Assembly (NCBI GenBank): GCA_903889525.1
Contig: CAISXT010000153.1
Span: 2,340-66,339 of the forward strand
Length of the DNA: 64,000 nucleotides
Source: an uncultured Opitutia bacterium
GTDB taxonomy: Bacteria > Verrucomicrobiota > Verrucomicrobiia > Opitutales > UBA953
Reading direction: 5' to 3'
Position 1 is the stretch's first letter. The number at the start of each line of letters is the position of its first letter. Shown here piece by piece: positions 25,858 through 34,610 of this stretch. The notes below the pieces were generated by a model. It worked only from the letters and a program-made list of their open reading frames with translations. It ran no database searches and had not been told where the DNA came from. The position numbers and the translations under genes were made by a program.

Positions 25858-28020
25858 ATGAAGTCTTACCCCTATCGCTTGGCCCTTTCGGTATTCCTTC
25901 TGGCCCTTTGTCCCTTGGACGGCCTCGCCGCGGTGCCTGCTAAAAAGGCCGGCAAGAAGGATGACGGACCCTCCATTAAGGTGGCCGCCCCCGTCGCCAA
26001 GCCGGTGCAGGCCTTGGCCGACAAGACGCAAATCTGGCACACTTGGACGGATACCGAGGGCCGTAAGATCGACGCGATGTTCTGCGGTCTTTCCGGCGAC
26101 TTCATCACGATGCAGACGAAGGATGGCCGGACCTACCATTTTTCCACGAGCCTGCTGGTTCCGGAGGATGTCGAATTCGCGAAGAGCTGTCTCACTAAGA
26201 ATCGCGATGCCAGTTTCAGTCCCGCGATTATCGCCTCGGCCGCCGCGGATATTGATCGTCTGGTCGGTGCCATCTTGGTCGCGAACGAACAGAAGCCGAA
26301 TCCTCCTTCCTCTGATGAGCAATTCCTGCGTCGTATCTATGTGGACGCGACGGGTCGCGTACCGACCGCCAAGGAGGCCGACACTTTTCTGAGGAGCACC
26401 GCCCCCGATAAGCGTGCCAAGCTCATTGATGACCTGGTCTTCTCGCCCGGCTACTCGATGCAGATGTTCAACTGGATGGCCGACCTGCTCCGCGTAAAAG
26501 ACACTTTCGGCAAGGGCGTCCCCGCCTTCACCTTCGAAGACTGGCTCAAGATGCGCATCGCAGCGGACGCTCCTTGGGATAAGCTCGTGTATGAGATGAT
26601 TACGGCGGATGGGCGGCTCTGCGATAACGGGGCGACGGGCTTCATGCTGTTCGATGCCGAGATGCCATTGGATGGCGTCGCGAATCTGATGACCACGTTC
26701 CTCGGGACTAATATGGCGTGTGCCCAATGCCACGATCACCCGTTGGCGGATTGGAAGCAGCGCGATTTCTATCAGATGGCTGCATTTTTTGGCGCGACGG
26801 ACGGCAAGGATGAATCGATTAAAGGCGCGATTACCAAACTGACTAAAGCGGATACCTCGTTGCCCAAGGCACTCCTAACCAAGATCAGCGAAATGAATGC
26901 CTTCCGCATGGAGGATACCACCAAGCAGAAGCTCACCTTCCCGAAGGATTATAAATATAAGGATGCCAAGCCCAGCTCGCCGGTCACGCCTGCCCTCATT
27001 GCCTGGGAGAAGGGGGATAAGGCCCTGCCGATTTATAACGTGTCCATCAAGGACCCCGCCCAGCTGCGTGCCCAGTTTAGTCATTGGATGACTAGTCCGC
27101 AAAATCCGCGCTTCGCCACTAATATCGCGAATCGGATCTGGAAGAAAGCTTTCGGCGTGGCCGTACTCGAGCCCGTCAATGATATCGACGACTTTAAGCA
27201 GGCGAGCAGTCCGGAGTTACTGGCGCACCTGACTTTCATCATGAAGGCGGCCAAGTTCGACCTGCGCGAGGTTCAGCGGGTTATTTATAACTCGAAGACC
27301 TATCAGGCTTCGGCCAGTCCGACGCCTGACCTTGGTAAGGCCAAGTATCTCTTCCCGGGGCCGGTTGTCCGTCGCTTCACGGCCGAGGAGGCCTGGGACA
27401 GTCTCATTGTCAATGCGCTCGGCACTTATGCCGACAACGTGCTCCTGCGTCGGGGTAACGATATTAAGGCCATGGCGCTGCCTCCGGGCAAAATCACCCT
27501 GGCGGAGGTCAAGGAGGCCGTCACGCGCACGCAGGCGGCTTTTGCGGGCTCCTCTAAGGGTAAGGCTGTCGCCGGCAAGAAAGGCGCGGGCGGTTCCACG
27601 CTCGGCTTGGCGAATGGCTACGAGGGTGACAAGCCGGTGACCCGTTTCAGTATGATGCTGGCCCGGGCGAGCGAATTGCCGCAGCCTTCCGGCGAGACGC
27701 ACTTCTTGCGGGTCTGGGGTCAGGGTGACCGACTGCTGGCTGATTCGGCCACGAACGACGGCAGTGTCCCGCAGGTTCTGCAGATGATGAATGGTGGCGT
27801 CGGAAAAATGATCGCCGACCCCCGTTCGGCTGCGGTCATGGATGCCACCAAGGAGAAGACCACCGACGGGCAGATTCGCTCACTTTATCTTTCATATTTA
27901 TCCCGTACGCCCACCGCCAAGGAACTCGCCTCCGCCAATAAGTCCCTAAAGGACGGCCTAGGTCTGACTGATCTGGCCTGGGTCCTCGCCAACACCCGCG
28001 AATTTCTCTTCGTCCAATGA
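25858..28020 (+). CDS. DUF1549/DUF1553 (PSCyt2/PSD1) protein with an N-terminal SHD1-like domain; lacks the PSCyt1 cytochrome module
   Basis: Has a signal peptide. The SHD1-like segment is WHTWTDTEGRKIDAMFCGLSGDFITMQTKDGRTYHFSTSLLVPEDVEFA. DUF1549 motifs are FLRRIYVDATGRVPT and CAQCHDHPLADW. The DUF1553 motif is NPRFATNIANRIWKKAFG. Confidence 0.85.
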   Translation: MKSYPYRLALSVFLLALCPLDGLAAVPAKKAGKKDDGPSIKVAAPVAKPVQALADKTQIWHTWTDTEGRKIDAMFCGLSGDFITMQTKDGRTYHFSTSLLVPEDVEFAKSCLTKNRDASFSPAIIASAAADIDRLVGAILVANEQKPNPPSSDEQFLRRIYVDATGRVPTAKEADTFLRSTAPDKRAKLIDDLVFSPGYSMQMFNWMADLLRVKDTFGKGVPAFTFEDWLKMRIAADAPWDKLVYEMITADGRLCDNGATGFMLFDAEMPLDGVANLMTTFLGTNMACAQCHDHPLADWKQRDFYQMAAFFGATDGKDESIKGAITKLTKADTSLPKALLTKISEMNAFRMEDTTKQKLTFPKDYKYKDAKPSSPVTPALIAWEKGDKALPIYNVSIKDPAQLRAQFSHWMTSPQNPRFATNIANRIWKKAFGVAVLEPVNDIDDFKQASSPELLAHLTFIMKAAKFDLREVQRVIYNSKTYQASASPTPDLGKAKYLFPGPVVRRFTAEEAWDSLIVNALGTYADNVLLRRGNDIKAMALPPGKITLAEVKEAVTRTQAAFAGSSKGKAVAGKKGAGGSTLGLANGYEGDKPVTRFSMMLARASELPQPSGETHFLRVWGQGDRLLADSATNDGSVPQVLQMMNGGVGKMIADPRSAAVMDATKEKTTDGQIRSLYLSYLSRTPTAKELASANKSLKDGLGLTDLAWVLANTREFLFVQ

Positions 28021-29324
28021 GCATCCTCACCTCCGCCAGTCTCCTTCGTGAACCCGAAGATCGCCGCCGCTTCATTGAGAAGTGCGCGAAAATGTCATTC
28101 GGCCTGAGTATCCTGCCGTTCTTCACCGGAATCGCGGAGGCGGCGGAGCAGGCAGGCGTTGCCGCGGCGCCGAATGCCGGCCTCCCAGGCTTCGGTAAGG
28201 CCAAGCGCGTCATCTTCTTGGAGTTGCAGGGCGGCATGTCGCACATCGACACCTTTGACCCGAAGACCGGTGCCAACAAAGGTCCGGGCAAAGCGATTTC
28301 CGCCAAAGGCGATTACCAGCTGACGGAATACCTTCCGGAGATCGCCAAAATCGGCGACAAGATCACCGTCGTCCGCAATATGACGGCCAAGGTCGGCGTG
28401 CACGCTTCGGCCTCTTACCTCATGCGCACGGGCTTTGAACAGCGGGGAACCTTGCAGCACCCGACGCTCGGCGCGTGGGCGCAGCACTTCCTCGGAGCGA
28501 GCCACAAGACTTTGCCTTCCTCGGTGGCCGTCAATCGGTCGTCGAATCATGGGAACGGTTGGTTCCCGGCTTCATTCTCCCCTTTGCCGATTCAGAATCC
28601 GGACGACGGCCTGCTCGATACCAAGAGCCCGGTTACGACGGAAGTTGCGGCCAAGCGTGCCGGCTTATTGGCCCAATTGGACTCCGGGTTTGGGGGTAAG
28701 GCGGCAGATGAAAACGTGAAGGCTTACAACGAATTCTACGACACGACCTTCCAGCTCATGAAGAGCACCGACCTCAAGGCCTTTGATCTCGCTTCCGAGC
28801 CCGCCGAAGTGCGCGCCCGCTACGGTAAGAGCAAGTTTGGACAAGGTTGTCTCTTAGCTCGCCGTCTCATTGAGAACGGCGTCCGCTTCGTCGAGGTCGC
28901 TAATGGCGGCTGGGACATGCATGCCACCTTGGGTGATCGGATGGAAACGCTCGGCGGCGACTTCGATCGCGTCTTTGCCACGTTGATCCAGGATCTTGAT
29001 TCCAAGGGCTTGCTCGACACCACGTTGGTCGCGGTCACTACCGAATTCGGCCGGAAGCCTGATTTCAGTGGCGGCGGTCGCGGGCACCATCCGCTCGTCT
29101 TCTCCACCGTCTTGGCTGGCGGCGGGGTGAAGCGCGGGTTTGTGAACGGTGCCAGCGATGCCAAGGGCTACGCTCCAGATGGGGACGGCGTTTCGCCTGG
29201 TAGCCTCCACGCGACTATCGCGCATGCTGCCGGCTTGCCAGTACAGACGGATATCATCACGCCGGCGGGACGTCCGATGCAGGTCGGGAACAAGGCCAAG
29301 CCCGCCATGAGCGTCTTTATCTAA
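28017..29324 (+). CDS. Tat-exported DUF1501 protein (sulfatase/alkaline-phosphatase-like fold)
   Basis: ATGA start/stop overlap with the upstream gene. Has an RRRF twin-arginine leader and the motifs GGMSHIDTFDPK, GGWDMH, TEFGRKP and GRGHHP. Confidence 0.85.
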   Translation: MSILTSASLLREPEDRRRFIEKCAKMSFGLSILPFFTGIAEAAEQAGVAAAPNAGLPGFGKAKRVIFLELQGGMSHIDTFDPKTGANKGPGKAISAKGDYQLTEYLPEIAKIGDKITVVRNMTAKVGVHASASYLMRTGFEQRGTLQHPTLGAWAQHFLGASHKTLPSSVAVNRSSNHGNGWFPASFSPLPIQNPDDGLLDTKSPVTTEVAAKRAGLLAQLDSGFGGKAADENVKAYNEFYDTTFQLMKSTDLKAFDLASEPAEVRARYGKSKFGQGCLLARRLIENGVRFVEVANGGWDMHATLGDRMETLGGDFDRVFATLIQDLDSKGLLDTTLVAVTTEFGRKPDFSGGGRGHHPLVFSTVLAGGGVKRGFVNGASDAKGYAPDGDGVSPGSLHATIAHAAGLPVQTDIITPAGRPMQVGNKAKPAMSVFI

Positions 29325-29341
29325 GACCAAGCAGTTTATCG

Positions 29342-29374
29342 AAAAAGACCCGGTCACTTGACCGGGTCTTTTAT
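29342..29374. terminator. Bidirectional rho-independent terminator between convergent genes
   Basis: AAAAAGACCCGGTCA-CT-TGACCGGGTCTTTTATTTT. It forms a stem of about 12 bp, flanked by an A-tract on one side and a T-tract on the other. Confidence 0.8.
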
Positions 29375-29375
29375 T

Positions 29376-30110
29376 TTACCGTAGGAGCATCGCCAGGTCG
29401 GCGGGTTGCTCGAGGTGGACGGCGTGGTCGGCGTCTTCGATGATGCTCAGTCGAGCTTTCGGCAGGTGGGCGCCCATATCTTGGGCGAGGCGCGTAAATT
29501 TCGAATCGTGTTCCCCCGTGACGATATCGATGGGCATGCGGAGCTCTTTGAGTCGATGCCAGAGCGAAGGCAGGGTGCCGGTGCCAACGTTCTCTAGGCT
29601 GAGGGCGAGGGCTTCGGGTTCATTGCGGGTCCGGCGTGCTAGGATTGGAGCAAGTCTTTCTGGAGGGAGTTCGAGCAGTTTTTCAAAGAACGTCTGGTTG
29701 TGCCAGTACTTGAAGAAGGCCTCGATTCCTTGGGTGCGGATGAAGCCCGCCAGCGAGGCATCCGCGAGTCGACGTTCATCGCATTGCTCCGGGGTGGCGA
29801 GTCCCGGGCTGGCGCCGATTAGGATTAGATGGGCGACGCGTTCGGGGTGGGCCACGGCCCAGTGGAGGGCGAGTCTTCCGCCCAGCGAATAGCCGAGAAG
29901 GGTGATCTGTCGGGAGTTACCGGCGGCTACGTCGATGGCAGCTAGGTGGGCGGCCATTGAGAAGTCGGCGGGTTGGCGGAGGGCGGAGAGTTTGCCGTGG
30001 CCGGGTAGATCGATGGCCTGCAGCGCGTCTTCCGGGCGCAAATGTTGGCGCAAGGGGTCGAAGTCCTCCGCGGAGCCCGTAAATCCGTGAATGGCGATAA
30101 TGGTGGCCAT
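29376..30110 (-). CDS. menH: Alpha/beta hydrolase, MenH-like (2-succinyl-6-hydroxy-2,4-cyclohexadiene-1-carboxylate synthase-like)
   Basis: Motifs IHGFTGS, DLPGHG, the nucleophile elbow GYSLGGR and GEHDSKF parallel E. coli MenH (LHGFSGD, GYSLGGR, GERDSKF; from memory). No other men genes are nearby. Confidence 0.55.
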   Translation of the reverse strand: MATIIAIHGFTGSAEDFDPLRQHLRPEDALQAIDLPGHGKLSALRQPADFSMAAHLAAIDVAAGNSRQITLLGYSLGGRLALHWAVAHPERVAHLILIGASPGLATPEQCDERRLADASLAGFIRTQGIEAFFKYWHNQTFFEKLLELPPERLAPILARRTRNEPEALALSLENVGTGTLPSLWHRLKELRMPIDIVTGEHDSKFTRLAQDMGAHLPKARLSIIEDADHAVHLEQPADLAMLLR

Positions 30111-30401
30111 GGGTCAGCCCTTGAGGCCTAAGGGGCAGGCCGCTGGGGCGGCGGGGGGTGATTTGTGGGGAGCAAGTCGAGTTCCTGCCTAGCGTGGCCT
30201 GCAGTGAGGCGGGGGATGTCTTTAAGGGGGTGTTCGGAGGTCGTCCAGGGGGTAGAGCCAGCCAGACCACCCAGAAAGGATAGGGAAGGGAGGCGAAAGG
30301 GCCAAGTCATCGGGGGTAGGGATAAGCTGGCCAGTGATATAGGTCAGTAAAATTTAGGGAACATTACCCATGGAGGCGGGTATTATCCTTACCCCGATTT
30401 A

Positions 30402-30887
30402 ATGCCTGGAATCCGCGTCAAGCCATGGAACCGTGTGGACGGCCCTATCTACAGCCTTGCGACCACCGCAAATGGTAGGGGGAATCTTAACATCTGCAGT
30501 TACGTGACGCCGATTAGTCTGAAGCCGAAGCGTTTTATTGTCGGGGTCTATAAGGATACCAAGACGCTCGCCAATCTTGAGATCAATCCGGTCGGCTTAT
30601 TAAACTACATGGCGAAGGATCAGGCCAACCACATCAAATTGCTCGGGAAGAAGTCCGGCAACTCTACGGACAAAATCGCGCAGCTCGGTGACCAGATTGA
30701 ACACGTCGGCGATGGGCTATATTTCCTCAAAGGCTCCATCGCCACACTCCGCCTCCGCTTCGCGGAACGGATGGATTGTGGCGATCATTGGGCTTGGCTG
30801 GCCAACGTTGATTCCTACGAGAATCTCCGCGAGGCGCCTCCGCTTACGCTCGACGAGCTGAAGCGTCTGAAACTGATCTTGGCCTAA
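30402..30887 (+). CDS. Flavin reductase-like (FMN-binding split-barrel) protein
   Basis: 161 aa. The pattern NLNICSYVTPISLKPKRFIVGV ... KLLGKKSGNSTDK fits the flavin reductase-like domain consensus. Confidence 0.55.
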   Translation: MPGIRVKPWNRVDGPIYSLATTANGRGNLNICSYVTPISLKPKRFIVGVYKDTKTLANLEINPVGLLNYMAKDQANHIKLLGKKSGNSTDKIAQLGDQIEHVGDGLYFLKGSIATLRLRFAERMDCGDHWAWLANVDSYENLREAPPLTLDELKRLKLILA

Positions 30888-30971
30888 GGGCCAGTGGGGC
30901 AGGGGCAGGCGGGCACGTGGAACGGGTAAAATCGGACGCCACGCATTGGCGCCCCTCCCTTTTGGCTCCGC

Positions 30972-32921
30972 TTACTTCTTTTTCGAGGCCTTCTTCGGCT
31001 TGGCCTCTTCTCGGTCAGGGATAAGGTAGGTCTGGCTGCGGATCAGTCGTTCGTAAAGGTCGACCATCGCGACGCCTTCGCGGGGTCGGACCGAGTCGGC
31101 CTTGGTGGCGCGGTCCACCTGGCGCTTCAGCATACGGCAGAGGTCTTCGGCGTTGTACTGAATCATGCCCAAGATACGTTCGACGGAGTAGCCTGGAATG
31201 CTTTCTTCGATGTAGAAGCCGTCTTCTTCATCATCTTCGAGGAAGACGTGGGCCTCGTTGACGCGGCCGAAGAGATTATGAAGGTCGCCCATGATATCCT
31301 GATAGGCGCCGACCATGAAGGCGCCGATGTAGTAAGGCTGGCCTTCCTTGAGGGGGTGGAGCGAGAGGGTCTTGCGGACGTCTTCCAGGTCGATGAAGTC
31401 ATCGACCTTACCGTCGGAGTCGCAGGTGATGTCCACGAGGGTGGCCTCGACGGTCGGACGTTCGTTGAGTCGATGAATCGGCGCGATGGGGAAGAGTTGA
31501 TCGAGTGCCCAATGGTCGAGGAGGGATTGGAAGACCGAAAAGTTGCAGACGTATTGCTCGGCCAGCATCGAATCGAGTCGGGCGAGTTCGTCGGGGACGT
31601 CGGAGATGTCCTTTAGGTCCTGGCGGATCTGGCGGCAGATATCCCAGAAGAGGCGATCGGCGTGTGCACGTTCTTCCAGACGGAGATGGCCGAGGCTGAA
31701 GCGAGCGTGGGCTTCTTCGCGCTTTTCTTTCGCATCGTGGTAGCGTTCCAGTGGGTCGTACTTGCGCTTGTTCTTGCGGATGGCCTCCAGCTCGCGGACG
31801 AGTTGGTGAAGTTTTCCCTTGGGCGGCTGGACGGTTAGCTTATCGCGGGTGATACGGTCGACGGCTTCGAAGATGAGAATCGAGTGGGGAGCGACGAGGG
31901 CGCGGCCGGACTCCGAGACGATGTCAGGCAGCGGGACGCCGCTCTCCTCGCAAATCTGCTTCACGTTGGCGACCACGTCGCGGGCGTAGCCTTCCATGCT
32001 GTAATTCATGGAGGATTCGTAAGCGGAGCGGCTACCATCGTAGTCGATACCGAGGCCGCCACCGACGTCCAGTAGACCCATCGGGAAGCCCATGCGCTTG
32101 AGCTCGCAGTAGAAGCGGGTGGCTTCGACCACGGCCTTCTTAATGGTGCCGATATTCGGGACCTGCGAGCCGATGTGGAAGTGAACGAGACGAAGGGCGT
32201 CCTTCATCTTCGCCTTGGCGAGGCGCTGGGAGACTTCGACAATCTCGGAGGCTGTTAGGCCGAATTTGGCGTTCTCGCCGGTGCTTTCCGCCCACTTGCC
32301 TTCGCCGGCGGTGGTGAGCTTAACGCGCAGTCCGATGTGGGGCTGGACGCCCATGCGGCGGGCGATGCGGATGATGGCGTCGATTTCGGAAAGCTGCTCG
32401 ACGACAATGATAGTCTGTTTACCGAGGCGGCGCCCCATGAGCGCGAGCTCGATGTATTCTTCGTCTTTGTAGCCGTTGCAAATCAGGAGGGCCTTGCGGT
32501 TCTCGAGGAGGGCGAGCGCGATGATCAGTTCGGGCTTGGAGCCCGCTTCGAGGCCGAAATCATATTCTTCGCCGGCATCGAGGATTTCTTCGACCACTTC
32601 GCGCAGCTGGTTGACCTTGATCGGGAAGACGCCTCGGTAGCGACCAGAGTAATCCTCTTCTTCGATAGCCCGGCGGAAAGCTTCGTTGATCTGGGTGACG
32701 CGATGGCGGAGGAGATCCTGGACGCGGATCGTCAGCGGCGGCTTCAGGCCAGAGGCCTCGACCTCCTTGATGATGTCGGAGATGCGGATCTTCCGATGGT
32801 CACCTTTGGGGTGTACGCAGAGATTTCCCTGCGGATCGACGGAGAAGTTATTACCTCCCCAGCGTTTGAAGCCGTAATAGTCTTCGGCGTCTTTAGTAGT
32901 CCAGGGCTGCGGTTTGCTCAC
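30972..32921 (-). CDS. speA: Biosynthetic arginine decarboxylase
   Basis: 649 aa. The N-terminus YYGFKRWGGNNFSVDPQGNLCVHP and the PLP-fold region PIKVNQ, HFHIGSQ and GGGLGIDYDGS are typical of SpeA. Confidence 0.9.
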   Translation of the reverse strand: MSKPQPWTTKDAEDYYGFKRWGGNNFSVDPQGNLCVHPKGDHRKIRISDIIKEVEASGLKPPLTIRVQDLLRHRVTQINEAFRRAIEEEDYSGRYRGVFPIKVNQLREVVEEILDAGEEYDFGLEAGSKPELIIALALLENRKALLICNGYKDEEYIELALMGRRLGKQTIIVVEQLSEIDAIIRIARRMGVQPHIGLRVKLTTAGEGKWAESTGENAKFGLTASEIVEVSQRLAKAKMKDALRLVHFHIGSQVPNIGTIKKAVVEATRFYCELKRMGFPMGLLDVGGGLGIDYDGSRSAYESSMNYSMEGYARDVVANVKQICEESGVPLPDIVSESGRALVAPHSILIFEAVDRITRDKLTVQPPKGKLHQLVRELEAIRKNKRKYDPLERYHDAKEKREEAHARFSLGHLRLEERAHADRLFWDICRQIRQDLKDISDVPDELARLDSMLAEQYVCNFSVFQSLLDHWALDQLFPIAPIHRLNERPTVEATLVDITCDSDGKVDDFIDLEDVRKTLSLHPLKEGQPYYIGAFMVGAYQDIMGDLHNLFGRVNEAHVFLEDDEEDGFYIEESIPGYSVERILGMIQYNAEDLCRMLKRQVDRATKADSVRPREGVAMVDLYERLIRSQTYLIPDREEAKPKKASKKK

Positions 32922-33011
32922 GTCGGTAGGAAGGTGGACTTTTTATCCTGCGGGGGGAAGCGCAAGGGGAAATCGCACCCCGGCGCCCGCCTTACGGCTC
33001 GACCCGGTGGC

Positions 33012-33761
33012 ATGGGCTGTTTGTCTTTCGCTATGTCTGCCGAACCAGTCATCCGGGCGACGATCGCGTTACGAAAAGCCCTTGCGGGGCTCTCGTTCCC
33101 TTCGCCCGCTGACTTTGTCTACCGCCCGTTGGACTACGCCTGGGCGGGCCATGAGGCCTACTTGCGGCGGTACGCGGCGGCTGGCCCTCGCCAAGTTCTC
33201 TTCCTCGGGATGAATCCCGGTCCGTTTGGGATGGCCCAGACCGGCGTGCCGTTCGGTGAAATTGCCGCAGTCCGTGATTGGATGGGCATCGAATTACCCA
33301 TCGGCTGTCCAGAGGTCGAGCATCCCGGCAAGAAGGTCACCGGTTTTGCCTGCCATCGTTCCGAAGTCAGTGGGCGGCGGCTCTGGGGGCTTTGCCAGGA
33401 GCGCTTTGGAACAGCCGACAAATTCTTCACTGAACATTTGGTGCATAATTATTGTCCGCTCCTCTTTCTTGAAAATACGAAGCAGGGTCGCAATGTCATC
33501 CCCGAGGAGCTTCCGGCCGACTCGATGGCTCCCGTGAACGCCGAATGCAATCGTCTCCTGCGCGTTATGGTGGAGACCTTGGGCGTGACGACAGTGGTCG
33601 GGGTAGGTGGGTATGCCGAGACCCGAGCCCGGGAAGCCTTGGATGGATTAGCGGTGAAGTTTGCCAAGGTGCCGCATCCGAGTCCGGCCAACCCGGTGGC
33701 GAATCGTGGTTGGTCCGCCGCCGCGACCAAGGCCCTCATCGAACAGGGAGTCTGGGCTTAA
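33012..33761 (+). CDS. SMUG1-type (family 3) uracil-DNA glycosylase
   Basis: This is the C-terminal 250 codons of track ORF 32337..33761. Possible starts are ATG 33012 or ATG 33033. VLFLGMNPGPFGMAQTGVPFGE is identical over this stretch to the human SMUG1 motif as I recall it. It also has HNYCPLLF, and the HPSPANP motif corresponds to HPSPRNP. Confidence 0.88.
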   Translation: MGCLSFAMSAEPVIRATIALRKALAGLSFPSPADFVYRPLDYAWAGHEAYLRRYAAAGPRQVLFLGMNPGPFGMAQTGVPFGEIAAVRDWMGIELPIGCPEVEHPGKKVTGFACHRSEVSGRRLWGLCQERFGTADKFFTEHLVHNYCPLLFLENTKQGRNVIPEELPADSMAPVNAECNRLLRVMVETLGVTTVVGVGGYAETRAREALDGLAVKFAKVPHPSPANPVANRGWSAAATKALIEQGVWA

Positions 33762-33762
33762 G

Positions 33763-34569
33763 ATGGGACTCATCGAAGAAATCCTCGTCCGCCCGAAGCT
33801 GAGGCAGAAGCTCTGGCAGTGGTGGTATCCGTTCTTTACGCGTCGGGTTAGGGCACAGGGCATCAGTTTTCTAAATTATTCATTCGCAGCTGTCGGTGAG
33901 CCCCGACTTGAGTTGCGACCTGAGGACGAAGCCGACCGACCAAACATTCAGCTCTACCACCATGTCTTGGGCGGAGTTGATTTGCGGGGTAAGCGGGTGC
34001 TAGAGGTGAGCTGCGGCCATGGCGGCGGTGCGTCCTATTTCACCCGATATCTTGGTCCTGCCGAATATATCGGGCTGGACCTGAATCCCGAAGCCATTCG
34101 CTATTGTCAGGACAAGCACCGCAGCGAGGGGCTGCATTTCATGGTGGGAGATGCCCAGTCGCTGCCTTTTCCCGAAGCTTCCTTCGACGTCGTCATCAAC
34201 GTCGAGGCCTCCCATTGCTACCCCGATTTCCCTGGCTTCGTGGATCAGGTCGCCCGGGTCTTGAAACCCGGAGGCTGGTTTTACCATGCGGATATGCGCT
34301 ACCCCAATGGGCTGGCTGAATGGGTCGATGCTTTGGCCCGACATCCCCAAATGCGCTTAGATCAGATGCGCTTAATCAATCCCGAGGTCATGCGTGGCAT
34401 GGAATTAAATACGCTGCGATATGAAGCGATGGTGCGGGAGGCGTTGCCGCGTTATCTGCACGGAGTGGCGATGGATTTTGCCGGTGTGAAGGGGTCGCGA
34501 CTTTACCGCGATGCGGCTTCCGGGGAGATGACTTATCGTTCGTTTAGGTTGCAGCGGCGTCACGCTTGA
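33763..34569 (+). CDS. Class I SAM-dependent methyltransferase, similar to the mycobacterial phthiotriol/phenolphthiotriol dimycocerosate O-methyltransferase family
   Basis: The start ATG is 2 nt after the SMUG1 stop (1-nt gap). Motif I is VLEVSCGHGGGASYF. WWYPFFTR, DVVINVEASHCYP and VLKPGGWF parallel Rv2952-type proteins (from memory). Confidence 0.75.
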   Translation: MGLIEEILVRPKLRQKLWQWWYPFFTRRVRAQGISFLNYSFAAVGEPRLELRPEDEADRPNIQLYHHVLGGVDLRGKRVLEVSCGHGGGASYFTRYLGPAEYIGLDLNPEAIRYCQDKHRSEGLHFMVGDAQSLPFPEASFDVVINVEASHCYPDFPGFVDQVARVLKPGGWFYHADMRYPNGLAEWVDALARHPQMRLDQMRLINPEVMRGMELNTLRYEAMVREALPRYLHGVAMDFAGVKGSRLYRDAASGEMTYRSFRLQRRHA

Positions 34570-34610
34570 GGTTGCTTCCGGGTGGGGTTGGCTCACGCTG
34601 GTAAATCCCC

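Noticed and set aside
25819-26739. 306-aa minus-strand ORF
   Set aside because: It lies entirely antisense to the well-supported DUF1549/DUF1553 gene. Its composition is Arg/Gly/His-rich, typical of antisense frames in GC-rich DNA, and it has no recognisable motif.
30111-30401. FMN (RFN) riboswitch upstream of the flavin reductase-like gene
   Set aside because: I looked for the conserved RFN core segments (such as GGGCAGGGTGAAATTCCC and the downstream AGTCTGGATGGGAGA-type element) and did not find them. I kept only the G-run observation.
32337-33011. N-terminal 225 codons of the 474-aa plus-strand ORF
   Set aside because: This part is antisense to speA and shows no homology-like features. 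Only the portion from ATG 33012 or 33033 resembles SMUG1, so the ORF was truncated.
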